Positions 1-10,088 of a stretch of DNA of 64,000 bases are shown here, piece by piece; the first letter of the stretch is position 1, and each line of letters begins with the position of its first letter. Position numbers and translations under genes: made by a program. The notes under the pieces are model-generated. The model was not told the DNA's origin, did no database searches, and was given only the letters and a program-made list of their open reading frames with translations. Location of the stretch: the IMG/VR virus record IMGVR_UViG_3300046804_003469, positions 1 through 64,000 of that record, one strand, 5' to 3'.

Positions 1-1
1 T

Positions 2-328
2 TTTAGACCTAAAGAATATGAAAATTTAGGTCCAGAAAAATATTCATATTGTCAACCTTATTCTGAAAAAATTGAAATTATTAATTCTTTATATGATGAT
101 GGGTATAAAATTTTAATTTATACTGCAAGAGGGATGCATCAATTTGATGGCAATATTATTGAAATTTATAATAAGTTATATAATAAAACAAATGATCAAT
201 TAAAATCCTGGGGATTAAAGTATCATAAACTTATAATGGGTAAAATATACTACGATCTTTTAATTGATGATAAAGCATTGAACTCTAAAAATATTGATAA
301 AGATACCATTCGAGAATTTTTAAAATAA
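2..328 (+). CDS. HAD-family phosphatase, capsule-biosynthesis (EcbF/BcbF) type; 5' truncated by window
   Basis: Frame is open from position 2 (..IINSLYDDGYKILIYTARGM..); C-terminal GKxxYDLLIDDK HAD motif. Confidence 0.7.
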   Translation, partial: FRPKEYENLGPEKYSYCQPYSEKIEIINSLYDDGYKILIYTARGMHQFDGNIIEIYNKLYNKTNDQLKSWGLKYHKLIMGKIYYDLLIDDKALNSKNIDKDTIREFLK

Positions 329-336
329 CCAATTAT

Positions 337-348
337 TGTGCTATAATA
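337..348 (+). promoter_or_regulatory. Extended -10 promoter TGTGCTATAATA
   Basis: TGnTATAAT in the gap before ORF 373; near-identical motifs at 6412 and 11120. Confidence 0.6.
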
Positions 349-372
349 TATACTAAGAGTTTTTATTCATCT

Positions 373-1440
373 ATGAGTGATTATAAGAAGACAGCACTTG
401 TTCTTGGTGCTGGTGGTTTTATTGGAAGCCACATGGTAAAAAGACTGCGAGCAGAAGGTTATTGGGTTCGTGGTGTAGATCTTAAGAAACCAGAATTTTC
501 TCCGTCTGAAGCGAACGAATTTATTATTGGAGATCTTCGTGATGTTACTTTTGTTGAAAGAGTAATTCAATTTAAAGGTTATTCTGGAAACTTTTATCAT
601 TTTGTTGCTTCTCAGTATCTCCAACCATTTGATGAAATCTACCAGTTTGCTGCCGATATGGGTGGAGCAGGATTCGTTTTCACTGGAGAAAACGATGCAG
701 ACATTATGCACAATTCAGTGTCTATTAATCTAAATGTTCTTGAATCTGTAAGACAATTCAATAATTACAAAGGAGAAAACAAAACTAAAATTTTCTATTC
801 TGGATCTGCTTGCATGTATCCAGAGCACAACCAATTAGATCCTGATAATCCCGATTGCCGTGAAGAATCCGCATATCCAGCAAACCCAGACTCAGAATAT
901 GGTTGGGAGAAACTTTTCTCCGAACGTTTATACTTTGCTTACAACCGTAATTATGACATCCCTGTTAGGGTTGCTCGTTACCATAATATTTTTGGCCCTG
1001 AAGGAACCTGGGAAGGTGGAAGGGAAAAGGCACCCGCAGCGATCTGTCGTAAAGTTGCTTATTTACCATCAGAAGGCGGAACTGTAGAAGTATGGGGTGA
1101 CGGTAAACAGACTCGTTCATTCCTTTATATTGATGAGTGTATTGAAGCCACTCGTCGTATGATGGATTCTGATTTTATGGGACCAGTTAATATTGGTTCG
1201 GAAGAGATGGTAACAATTAATCAACTTGTTGATATTGCAGCAAAAGTTGCTGGTAAAACTGTGCATAAAATGCATAAGTTAGATGCTCCTTTGGGAGTTC
1301 GTGGACGTAATTCTAATAATGATTTAATTCGTGAAAAACTTGGATGGGATTATTCTCAACCTCTTGAAGAAGGGATTCGTAAAACATATGAATGGATTTA
1401 CTCTAGAATAAATCAAACAATCATGTATCACCCTGTTTGA
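373..1440 (+). CDS. GDP-mannose 3',5'-epimerase-like extended SDR
   Basis: GAGGFIG, AADMGGAGF, SSACxY-like SGSACMY, YGWEK, GGREKAPAA, WGDGKQTRSF. Confidence 0.85.
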   Translation: MSDYKKTALVLGAGGFIGSHMVKRLRAEGYWVRGVDLKKPEFSPSEANEFIIGDLRDVTFVERVIQFKGYSGNFYHFVASQYLQPFDEIYQFAADMGGAGFVFTGENDADIMHNSVSINLNVLESVRQFNNYKGENKTKIFYSGSACMYPEHNQLDPDNPDCREESAYPANPDSEYGWEKLFSERLYFAYNRNYDIPVRVARYHNIFGPEGTWEGGREKAPAAICRKVAYLPSEGGTVEVWGDGKQTRSFLYIDECIEATRRMMDSDFMGPVNIGSEEMVTINQLVDIAAKVAGKTVHKMHKLDAPLGVRGRNSNNDLIREKLGWDYSQPLEEGIRKTYEWIYSRINQTIMYHPV

Positions 1441-1449
1441 GGTAACAAT

Positions 1450-2238
1450 ATGAATATTGGTATTATTGGTGTAGGTGTAGTTGGAAGCGCAATCAAATTA
1501 GGATTTGAAAGATTGGGGCATGATGTATTTTTTCATGATGTTAAACATAATACATCAATAACTGATGTACTTAATACTGAAGTATGTTATATCTGCGTAC
1601 CAACACCAGAAAATGAAGATGGTAGTTGTAATACTGTAATTGTTGAAAACGTAATTGATGAATTAGTTCAAAATAATTACAATGGTATTATTGCTATTAA
1701 ATCTACTGTAGTACCTGGAACAACAGAGAATCTTTTATCCAAATATGAAAAACTTGCTTTTGTTCCAGAGTTCTTGAGAGAAAGATGTGCTATATCTGAC
1801 TTTATACAAAACCATGAAGTCTGTGTTATTGGTACACATTCTGATGAGATTTATGAAGTAATCAAATCCAGTCATGGAAATTTCCCACAAGAATTTGTAA
1901 AATGTACTCCAACAGAAGCAGAATTTAGTAAGTATTTTCATAATGTTCATAACGCTATGCAAATTATATTTGCAAATAGTTTTTATGAAGTCTGCACTAA
2001 AATGGGAGTCAGTTATGACAATGTGAAAAATTCTCTCAAAAATAGAACAAATATTAATTTTAATTATTTGAACTGTAATAAAAACTTCAGAGGATTTGGT
2101 GGTGTATGTCTGCCTAAAGATACTGCAGCAATGGATTATCTTTGTAAAAAATTAAATTTAGATGTAGAGTTTTTTCAGAACATATTAGATGAAAATTCTA
2201 AGTATGTAACGACTGTCCCAGATGGAATGAGATTATGA
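1450..2238 (+). CDS. UDP-glucose/GDP-mannose 6-dehydrogenase, short form lacking the C-terminal domain
   Basis: GVGVVG, ICVPTP, KSTVVPGT, PEFLRE, GFGGVCLPKD; 262 aa. Confidence 0.85.
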   Translation: MNIGIIGVGVVGSAIKLGFERLGHDVFFHDVKHNTSITDVLNTEVCYICVPTPENEDGSCNTVIVENVIDELVQNNYNGIIAIKSTVVPGTTENLLSKYEKLAFVPEFLRERCAISDFIQNHEVCVIGTHSDEIYEVIKSSHGNFPQEFVKCTPTEAEFSKYFHNVHNAMQIIFANSFYEVCTKMGVSYDNVKNSLKNRTNINFNYLNCNKNFRGFGGVCLPKDTAAMDYLCKKLNLDVEFFQNILDENSKYVTTVPDGMRL

Positions 2239-3170
2239 AAAGAGTTTTAGTAACAGGTGGATGTGGATTTATAGGTCATCACCTTGTAATGAAACTTCTA
2301 AAAGAAGGATATGAAGTAACTGTTTTTGATAATCAACAGAGAGGAAATATTGGTCTTTTAGAATCTGTAAAAGATAAGATTAATTATTATAATGGTGACA
2401 TCAGACAACTTGATGATCTTGTAAATGCATCTGTAAATATTGATGTAATTATTCATTTAGCATTTGTAAACGGAACAAAAAACTTTTATTCAATACCTAG
2501 TTCAATTATAGATATTGGAATTCGTGGATTAATGAATGTTTATGATGCTGCAAAAATTAATAATATCAAAGAATTGTTTTTAGCATCATCTTCAGAAACA
2601 TATCAAACTCCTCCAATTACTCCTACACCAGAAGATGTTCCTTTGATTATTCCTGATGTAACAAATCCAAGGTATTCATATGGAGGAACAAAAATCTTAT
2701 ATGAGTTAGTTGGTCAACACTATAGGAGTGATGAGTTTGATAGAGTTATTACTTTTAGACCTCATAATGTTTATGGAACAAACATGGGTAAAGATCATGT
2801 TATTCCAGAATTAATTGAAAAAATTAAAAAGGGATATGATTCTGGTGAAATAACTTTATTAGGTGATGGAACCCAAACAAGATCTTTTTGCCATATTGAT
2901 GATTTTTGTGATGGAATTTTAACTCTATTAATTTCTGGGAAGCATAAAGAAATTTATCACATTGGAAATGATGAAGAAGTTACAATAGAAGAACTTTGTA
3001 AAAAAATATTTAATACGATGAATGTAAATCTGAAGATTAAATATTCAGAAGCACCTAGGGGAGAAACAAATCGTAGAATCCCTGACATTTCTAAATTAAA
3101 ATCATTAGGATATAATCCTAAAATAAATCTTGATGAAGGATTAGTACAAATATTAAATGAGGAAAAATGA
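2235..3170 (+). CDS. NAD-dependent NDP-sugar epimerase/dehydratase/decarboxylase
   Basis: TGGCGFIG, ASSSETY, YGGTK (YxxxK), NVYG, GDGTQTRSF. Confidence 0.85.
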   Translation: MKRVLVTGGCGFIGHHLVMKLLKEGYEVTVFDNQQRGNIGLLESVKDKINYYNGDIRQLDDLVNASVNIDVIIHLAFVNGTKNFYSIPSSIIDIGIRGLMNVYDAAKINNIKELFLASSSETYQTPPITPTPEDVPLIIPDVTNPRYSYGGTKILYELVGQHYRSDEFDRVITFRPHNVYGTNMGKDHVIPELIEKIKKGYDSGEITLLGDGTQTRSFCHIDDFCDGILTLLISGKHKEIYHIGNDEEVTIEELCKKIFNTMNVNLKIKYSEAPRGETNRRIPDISKLKSLGYNPKINLDEGLVQILNEEK

Positions 3171-3595
3171 AATTAATTTATTCTAAAGTAGAACCAGAAA
3201 AACTACTCCACATTGTTTACAGATATTCCGAAATTAACGAAAGGACTGATATTGCTCCAGAGAATCAATTCTTGCAATTATCTAGTATTAAACAGAATAA
3301 GGGTAAAAAATATAGAGCACATGAGCATATTTGGAAAGAACCAAAATACGAAAAAGTAATAGCACAAGAATCTTGGGTTGTAATCGATGGATCTGTAAAG
3401 GTTTACATGTATGACTTAGATGGATCTCTTTTAAATGAGGATATTATTACTAGAGGAGATTGTTCTGTTACTTTTGAAGCGGGTCATAACTATGAAATAA
3501 TGGAAGACAATACGATTGTTTATGAATATAAAACTGGACCTTATGAAGGTGTTAAAAATGACAAAGTGTTTTTCGATGAAAAGTATAGGGACTGA
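3167..3595 (+). CDS. WbuC-like cupin protein
   Basis: AHEH..QESWVVIDG..GHNYE..YEYKTGPY cupin pattern; context. Confidence 0.65.
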   Translation: MKLIYSKVEPEKLLHIVYRYSEINERTDIAPENQFLQLSSIKQNKGKKYRAHEHIWKEPKYEKVIAQESWVVIDGSVKVYMYDLDGSLLNEDIITRGDCSVTFEAGHNYEIMEDNTIVYEYKTGPYEGVKNDKVFFDEKYRD

Positions 3596-4106
3596 TGTTT
3601 GTATTGATAAATTTGTAAGGATAACTCGACCAAATTTAGTTGAAATTGGAAATCATGTAGCAATTGATTTTGGATTTACCTGCACAACACAATTAAAAGT
3701 TGGTGATTATGTGCATATATCTCCTCATGTTTCTGTTATAGGTGGGGAACAAGGAAGATTAGAAATAGATGATTTTTGTTTCATATCTACAGGAGCAAGA
3801 GTTATATGTTCGTCTGAAAAATTTATGGGAGATGGATTAGTCGGTCCTTTTATTCCTAAAGAATATCGAGATACAGTTCTTAAAGGTACAGTTAAATTTG
3901 AAAGATTTTCTGGCATGTGTGCAAATTCTATAATTATGCCAGGAGTTACAATGGCAGAAGGATCCGTACTTGGTGCTAATTCTTTTCTTAAAGAATCTAC
4001 AGAACCTTGGGGGATCTATGCTGGAAGTCCTGCAAGGTTGATAAAGAAAAGAAGGAGTGATATAATTTACAATAACGCAAAAGAAATGGGTTACGTCTAT
4101 GAGTAA
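3576..4106 (+). CDS. Hexapeptide-repeat (left-handed beta-helix) sugar acetyltransferase
   Basis: IGNHVAID, VGDYVHI, MPGVTMAEGSVLGANS, YAGSPAR; start moved to ATG 3576. Confidence 0.8.
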   Translation: MKSIGTDVCIDKFVRITRPNLVEIGNHVAIDFGFTCTTQLKVGDYVHISPHVSVIGGEQGRLEIDDFCFISTGARVICSSEKFMGDGLVGPFIPKEYRDTVLKGTVKFERFSGMCANSIIMPGVTMAEGSVLGANSFLKESTEPWGIYAGSPARLIKKRRSDIIYNNAKEMGYVYE

Positions 4107-4704
4107 TTTTGATGTAGTTACAGAACTAGAAAACAAAGTTGCAGAATTTTTTGGATCTCCATATGCAATCGCTGTAGATTGCTGTACACATGGAGTTGAA
4201 TTATGTCTGAGGTATGAGAACGTAAAAAAGATTACAGTCCCAACCAGAACTTATATTTCTATTCCTTTCCTAGCAAAAAAATTAAATCTTGAATGGGAAT
4301 GGGAAGATAAAGTGTGGAATGATTACTATCATCTTGGAGATACTAATATTATTGATGCTGCAGTTTTATGGGAAAGAAATAGTTACATCCCTGGAACATA
4401 TATGTGTCTTAGTTTTCAATTTCAAAAACACTTAAGTCTTGGTAGGGGAGGAATGATTCTTCTTGATAATCCAGTCGCTAGAGATCATCTTAAAAAGATG
4501 TCTTATGATGGTAGAGAACACGGTATTCCTTGGAGAACTCAAAACATCAGTAGTATGGGATATCATTATTATATGACTCCAGAAACTGCTCAATTAGGAT
4601 TAGATAAATTACCTAAAGCAATTGAATCAACACCTAGGAAATGGGTAGTTACTGATTGGCCAGATCTGAGAGAAATGGATGTTTTTAAAGAGGATGTAAA
4701 ATGA
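4099..4704 (+). CDS. DegT/DnrJ/EryC1/StrS-family PLP aminotransferase, compact 201 aa
   Basis: AIAVDCCTHG, IDAA, SFQFQKHL (PLP lysine), GRGGMIL, GYHYYM. Confidence 0.8.
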   Translation: MSNFDVVTELENKVAEFFGSPYAIAVDCCTHGVELCLRYENVKKITVPTRTYISIPFLAKKLNLEWEWEDKVWNDYYHLGDTNIIDAAVLWERNSYIPGTYMCLSFQFQKHLSLGRGGMILLDNPVARDHLKKMSYDGREHGIPWRTQNISSMGYHYYMTPETAQLGLDKLPKAIESTPRKWVVTDWPDLREMDVFKEDVK

Positions 4705-5564
4705 TAGGATTTAATGAACTTGGAAGAAAGGGATGGTTGGGAAATCAAATGTTTCAGTATGCCTCACTGAGAGGAATTGCTGCAAATAGGGGATATGATT
4801 TTTGTATTCCTCCTAATGATAATACAAGAATTCATAACTATTCTCTCTTTGAATGTTTTGAATTAACTAACTGCGAAAGAGTTGGATATATTAATGCTGA
4901 AACTTATTATGCGGACACTACGGATCTACCGCATTCTTGTTGTTTTGAGTTTAGTGAAAAGTTATTCAATGAATGCCCAGACAATGTTAACATCAATGGG
5001 TTTTTTCAGACTGAAAAATACTTTAAACATATTGAAGAAAGTATAAGAGAAGATTTTACTTTTAAAAAAGATTACTTGGAACCATGCCAAGAATTTATTT
5101 CTCAATTTGATAAAACTCCGTTATTTTTACATGTACGCAGAAATGATTATGTAAAACATCCTGATCATCATTTCAATCAACCGATTGAATATTACATGAG
5201 ATCTTTAAAATATTTTGATGATGATTTAGATGTTTTGATTTTTTCTGATGATATTGAATGGTGTAAACAGCAAGAATTCTTTAATGGAGATAGATTCCAT
5301 TTTTCAGAATCAAAAGATAGATTTAATACTGTTGTTCCAGATTCTGGACACACTCAACCAGCATTAGTTCCATTTGTTGATTTGTGTTTGATGTCACTCT
5401 GTAATGGTGCTATTATTCCTAATAGTACATTAGGATGGTGGGGTGCTTGGTTGCAAAAAAATAGAGATAGGAGTATTATTTGTCCTACTTCTGATAGATG
5501 GTTTGGTCCCGCATATCCAGTGAACACTAAAGATATTTGCCCAGAAACTTGGATTAGAGGTTAG
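4701..5564 (+). CDS. GT11 alpha-1,2-fucosyltransferase-like
   Basis: GWLGNQMFQYA, GFFQTEKYF, HVRRNDY, FSDD, NSTLGWWGAW. Confidence 0.9.
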   Translation: MIGFNELGRKGWLGNQMFQYASLRGIAANRGYDFCIPPNDNTRIHNYSLFECFELTNCERVGYINAETYYADTTDLPHSCCFEFSEKLFNECPDNVNINGFFQTEKYFKHIEESIREDFTFKKDYLEPCQEFISQFDKTPLFLHVRRNDYVKHPDHHFNQPIEYYMRSLKYFDDDLDVLIFSDDIEWCKQQEFFNGDRFHFSESKDRFNTVVPDSGHTQPALVPFVDLCLMSLCNGAIIPNSTLGWWGAWLQKNRDRSIICPTSDRWFGPAYPVNTKDICPETWIRG

Positions 5565-5570
5565 TTTACT

Positions 5571-6410
5571 ATGATTACATTTTTAGAATTAGGTCAATAT
5601 GGAAGACTTGGAAACCAGTTATTCCAATACGCTGCTTTAAAATCTTTATCAGTTTCTAAAGGATATCAAATAAAACTTCCTGGTAATCTTTATGATAGAG
5701 TGTGGCATAGTCAAAAATGTCTGTTATCTAAATTTAATATAAAGTTTGATAATTTAGAAAGCAGTGATTTATATAATGTAAAGACATATGATCAATATCA
5801 AATAACTGGAAGTGCTCAAGCATATGATCCAAATTTCTTTGATGTAGAAGATAATACAAATCTTTCTGGGTATTATCAAAATCTTAAATATTTTCATCAT
5901 CATTCTGAAGTCATCAAAGAAGATTTTAAAATTGATGAAAGTATTCAAAAAGAATCTATCAAATACCTAGAAGATAAAATTGGATTTGAAAAACCTATTG
6001 TCAGTGTACACATTCGAAGAGGAGATTATGCTCCTCATTCTGATCAAGAATTAATTAAAAATCATATCGAACAGTGTATAAAGTTTTTCAATGATGAAGT
6101 TAACTTCTTGCTTTTTACTGGTGGATCTACAGGAGTAGGAGAAAATAATATTGATGATGTCCAATATTTGAAATCAAATTTTAAAGATAGTAATTTTTAT
6201 TATAGTGAAACAAATAATCCTATTCAAGATTTTTGTTTGATGAGTAACTGTAATCATAATATTATTTCTCACGGTAGCACCTTTAGTTGGTGGGCTGCTT
6301 ATTTAAATTCCAATCAAGATAGAAAAGTCCTTGCTCCTAAAAATCCAGATAGTGTAGATCAAAGTGTAGTATATGATTGCTTCTATCCAGAAGATTGGAT
6401 TTTAATGTAG
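5571..6410 (+). CDS. GT11 alpha-1,2-fucosyltransferase-like
   Basis: GRLGNQLFQYA, HIRRGDY, STFSWWAAYL. Confidence 0.9.
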   Translation: MITFLELGQYGRLGNQLFQYAALKSLSVSKGYQIKLPGNLYDRVWHSQKCLLSKFNIKFDNLESSDLYNVKTYDQYQITGSAQAYDPNFFDVEDNTNLSGYYQNLKYFHHHSEVIKEDFKIDESIQKESIKYLEDKIGFEKPIVSVHIRRGDYAPHSDQELIKNHIEQCIKFFNDEVNFLLFTGGSTGVGENNIDDVQYLKSNFKDSNFYYSETNNPIQDFCLMSNCNHNIISHGSTFSWWAAYLNSNQDRKVLAPKNPDSVDQSVVYDCFYPEDWILM

Positions 6411-6411
6411 T

Positions 6412-6426
6412 TGATGTGGTATAATA
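6412..6426 (+). promoter_or_regulatory. Extended -10 promoter TGATGTGGTATAATA
   Basis: Exact 15-nt copy at 11120-11134; intergenic. Confidence 0.55.
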
Positions 6427-6429
6427 AAG

Positions 6430-7107
6430 ATGGAAAACACTAACAAATGCGGTATGTTTGAAAACATTGAAATACCTTCTAATATTGAGAGAATCTATAT
6501 TGATGTAGGTTTAGCAGCAGATGCTCCACATTCTTTGGAATGGTTATCTTCAGATCCAAATTGTTTTGTATTTGGATTTGAACCAGTTAAAGAAAATTGT
6601 GAACGAGTTTTGGAAAAAATAAAAGAACGTGGATATGAAGATAGGTATAAACTATATGAATGTGCAGTAGACAATGTAGTTGGGCAGCAAGTTAAAGATT
6701 TTTATGTAACTTGTAATTCTGAAGTTGATAGAGATCATGGTCAATCTAGTCTATTCAAATTGAAAGATGAATTGAAGCATTCTGAAGGTACAAAATATTG
6801 GGTTGAAAAGGTTGTCCCTACAGTCTGTATTAATTTGGCAGATTTTTTAATTAAAATTGATTGGGAAAGATTTAAAAATATTTCTTGTCTTAAGACAGAT
6901 ACTCAAGGAAATGATATGAATATACTCAATTCTATCGAATCTTTCTTTGATAGAATCCCATTAATCTTTTGTGAGTCGCATGTTCATGGACAATATCAGA
7001 AGGACGATGATAATCCAAATATTGTATACAATTATATGACAAGTAAAGGATATCAACTTGTAAACTGCAGTATTGATAATGCAGATCATTATTACCAAAG
7101 AGTTTAA
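6430..7107 (+). CDS. FkbM-family methyltransferase
   Basis: IDVG, GFEP, LKTDTQGND. Confidence 0.75.
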   Translation: MENTNKCGMFENIEIPSNIERIYIDVGLAADAPHSLEWLSSDPNCFVFGFEPVKENCERVLEKIKERGYEDRYKLYECAVDNVVGQQVKDFYVTCNSEVDRDHGQSSLFKLKDELKHSEGTKYWVEKVVPTVCINLADFLIKIDWERFKNISCLKTDTQGNDMNILNSIESFFDRIPLIFCESHVHGQYQKDDDNPNIVYNYMTSKGYQLVNCSIDNADHYYQRV

Positions 7108-7112
7108 ATCGT

Positions 7113-8069
7113 ATGAGAGTTGTAACAGATGGATCTGGTGATTACCCAGATGGACCTACAGTAAAAATCAATCTAACTAGATTTGATGAACCTGATAATG
7201 ATACGGTTCTTTTTTATGGATACAATTCTGTCTTCAATCAAGAACTCCGCGAAGAATATAAAAATTATAAAAACAAAATTTTATTGAATCTTTGGATGCC
7301 AACAGAGTTTAATGGTAATCCTCCTTTTCCATCTGGTATGACAGATTATCAACCAGATGGAAAATTCATGGAATATTTTGATACCATTTATACTATTTGT
7401 CCATATACAATTGATTGGATAAAGGAAATGACTGGAGATGAAAGATATAAATTTATCTGGCATCCGTTTGCTTCTCCAAGAGATTATAATGGATCTGATT
7501 TATCATATGAAAAGAAATATGATATGTGTTATTTTGGTGGCATCCATGGAAAGTATCATGAAGATATTGCCAGGGTAGTTAGAGAATATAATGGTAGAAT
7601 TTCTTACATCTATCCCAATCAATATACAACTGATATTGCATTGAGTCATCATCAAAAAATGCAACTTGCTTGTAATTCTAAAATTACAGTGGTAATCAAT
7701 CAATGCCCATTAACTACTAATCATATTAATTCTATTAAGAGATATAAGAATTGGGATAAAAATGAAGCATTTGTTGGGGTAAATTTTGATATTCCTACTG
7801 TTCCTCAATACAAATGTAGAACTGCTGAAGCAGCATTTGCTCGTAGTGTTATTCTTGTAAAACGTGATCGTTGGAATATCATCGAAAATTTCTTTGAAAC
7901 AGATGAGTTTGTCTACTTTGATGATATTAATGATATGAAAGAAAAGATAAATCATATTCTAACTAAATATGAGGAATATCAACCAATGCTTGAAAAGGCA
8001 TATTTAAGATCATTACAAATGGATGGACAAGGAACATTTATGAAAATTAAGGAGAATGAAAATGTTTGA
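7113..8069 (+). CDS. Putative GT-B glycosyltransferase (CgeB/Glyco_trans_1_2-like C-terminus)
   Basis: KYDMCYFGG, KCRTAEAAF, EFVYFDD..KINHIL; context. Confidence 0.55.
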   Translation: MRVVTDGSGDYPDGPTVKINLTRFDEPDNDTVLFYGYNSVFNQELREEYKNYKNKILLNLWMPTEFNGNPPFPSGMTDYQPDGKFMEYFDTIYTICPYTIDWIKEMTGDERYKFIWHPFASPRDYNGSDLSYEKKYDMCYFGGIHGKYHEDIARVVREYNGRISYIYPNQYTTDIALSHHQKMQLACNSKITVVINQCPLTTNHINSIKRYKNWDKNEAFVGVNFDIPTVPQYKCRTAEAAFARSVILVKRDRWNIIENFFETDEFVYFDDINDMKEKINHILTKYEEYQPMLEKAYLRSLQMDGQGTFMKIKENENV

Positions 8070-8604
8070 TACCTCATCAAGAAAAAAATTCGTAGCATCT
8101 TTCCCAGAATCTTTTACTGTCGGAGCAGAAGTAGGGGTATCAAGTGGAGATTTTGCAAAGAACATTCTTACAGTAACAAAGAATGTAAAACTATATTGTG
8201 TAGATATTTGGGAACAAAATTATCAACTTCCAGATCCAGAAAGATCATATAAAGAAACATTCAATAATCTTATTCCTTTTGGTGCTGAAAGATTTGAATT
8301 AGTTCGTGAAGGATCACCAAAATCAGCATTAAGATTTGAAGATGAATTCTTTGATTTTGTTTACATCGATGCAGATCATCATTACGAACCAGTTCTTGAG
8401 GATCTGAAAGCATGGTATCCAAAAGTTAAGAGTGGTGGAGTATTCTTCGGTCACGATTATAATCAACCTTGGGATGGTGTAGTTAATGCAGTTAATGAAT
8501 TCTTTGCTGAAAAAGGATATGAAGTTGGAGTTATTTCTTCTGTTGGATATGCTGATGGCGACCAAGATGGAGGATCTCAAAGTTGGTATGTGATTAAAAA
8601 ATGA
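8062..8604 (+). CDS. Class I SAM-dependent methyltransferase (Methyltransf_24-like)
   Basis: GAEVGV, VDIW, FDFVYIDADH.YE..DL..W..KVKSGG..GHDY; AAGGAG RBS fits ATG 8062. Confidence 0.85.
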   Translation: MFDTSSRKKFVASFPESFTVGAEVGVSSGDFAKNILTVTKNVKLYCVDIWEQNYQLPDPERSYKETFNNLIPFGAERFELVREGSPKSALRFEDEFFDFVYIDADHHYEPVLEDLKAWYPKVKSGGVFFGHDYNQPWDGVVNAVNEFFAEKGYEVGVISSVGYADGDQDGGSQSWYVIKK

Positions 8605-8614
8605 TCTAACCTTT

Positions 8615-9268
8615 ATGAAAAAAATTGCAATTCTTTATAAAGGAATTTTTGGATTGAAAAGAATTAATTCCAAAGGTCTAAAGGATCAAGTTCTTTTGGA
8701 TGCAAAGGAAAATCTTAATGATCATAAAATCAAAATTTTTAATCAAATAAAAGATCTTGGATATGACATTGACTTTTATATGAGCACATATAATGTCAAT
8801 GATGAATTGAATAAAATTTATTTGGAAGAATTGAATCCCAAATTTTATTCTTATCTTCCAAATGAATACTTGAAAAATTATTCAACTTGGCAATGTCAGT
8901 TGATGCATTATAAAAATTTAATTTTAGAATTAAAGAATCAAAACATTTCTTATGATTTTTTAATCTTTACCCGTCCAGACTTGAAATTCCTTCAAGACTT
9001 CAGTACAATTAATTTAAATTTGGATCTATCTAAATTTAATTTACCAGTACAACATTTGTCTGGAAATTGTGATGATAATTTGTTTATCTTTCCGAGTAAT
9101 TTTCTAAATCAATTTGAAAATATTATTGACACTTTGATTAGGAGAAACGGAATAACACATGAAATAAATCATTTATTAGAAGAACAATGTGTCCCAATTA
9201 ATTGGATGAGTTCTTATGTTCATGAAAATGATGAATTTGGGCACAATATATTTTGCTGTTTCCGTTAA
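8615..9268 (+). CDS. Hypothetical glycan-island protein, possibly glycosyltransferase-like
   Basis: KKIAILYKG, YDFLIFTRPDL, CDDNLF; very AT-rich. Confidence 0.5.
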   Translation: MKKIAILYKGIFGLKRINSKGLKDQVLLDAKENLNDHKIKIFNQIKDLGYDIDFYMSTYNVNDELNKIYLEELNPKFYSYLPNEYLKNYSTWQCQLMHYKNLILELKNQNISYDFLIFTRPDLKFLQDFSTINLNLDLSKFNLPVQHLSGNCDDNLFIFPSNFLNQFENIIDTLIRRNGITHEINHLLEEQCVPINWMSSYVHENDEFGHNIFCCFR

Positions 9269-9280
9269 TTAAAAACTATT

Positions 9281-10084
9281 ATGATTGAACATAATTATTC
9301 AAAAGATTTTGACAATCTGAAAACCAAACTATTAGAAGGAGAAAACTTTGCCTTTTTAAGATTTTCTGATGGTGAGGGATATATTCTTTATAATCAATAC
9401 TTAGAATTGAATGATAAAGGATATAACCTGGATGGATCTACTGGATACGCTTACTATGGTAAAGAAGAGCAAAAATTATTTGATCCAGAAAAACATTCCT
9501 TTTATAGAGAAAGACTCATTGAATCCTTAGAATACGTTGCTGACAATTATTATAAAGGTCTTCCAATGAGATATGATTGTGAAGCATGTGGTTTTATCTT
9601 TGATGAATTGATTGAAAATGCTGGAGGAGATAGTGAATATCTAACTTTTGCTAACTTATGGAATAATGCAAATTATCCAAGGTTCGTTGAAGAAATTGTT
9701 CCAATTTTTTCTGATAAGAAAATTGTTATGGTTGTAAATGAATGTGCAAATATTGATAAACTACCTTTCAAAGTAGAAAAAGATTTTAGAGTTGGAACTA
9801 ACTGTTTTATCAATAACTATGATATAATTGAAGAGATCAAGGCATACATAACTGATAATTCAATTCAAGATCATGTGTTCTTAATTTCTGCATCTAGTTT
9901 AAGTAATTTAATCGTTCATCAATTATACGAGATGAACAAGAATAATACTTATATTGATATTGGAAGCACGTTAAATCCTTTAATGGATATGACTGGTTGG
10001 ACAGGAACTAGAACATACTTGTCGCAATATTGGAATTCAGAATCATCTAAAGCACAACTTGAACTAGTTGATACCTGGGTATAA
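9281..10084 (+). CDS. GT-D-fold-like glycosyltransferase
   Basis: FAFLRFSDGE and IDIGS motifs resemble GT-D/DUF1792. Confidence 0.55.
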   Translation: MIEHNYSKDFDNLKTKLLEGENFAFLRFSDGEGYILYNQYLELNDKGYNLDGSTGYAYYGKEEQKLFDPEKHSFYRERLIESLEYVADNYYKGLPMRYDCEACGFIFDELIENAGGDSEYLTFANLWNNANYPRFVEEIVPIFSDKKIVMVVNECANIDKLPFKVEKDFRVGTNCFINNYDIIEEIKAYITDNSIQDHVFLISASSLSNLIVHQLYEMNKNNTYIDIGSTLNPLMDMTGWTGTRTYLSQYWNSESSKAQLELVDTWV

Positions 10085-10088
10085 ATTT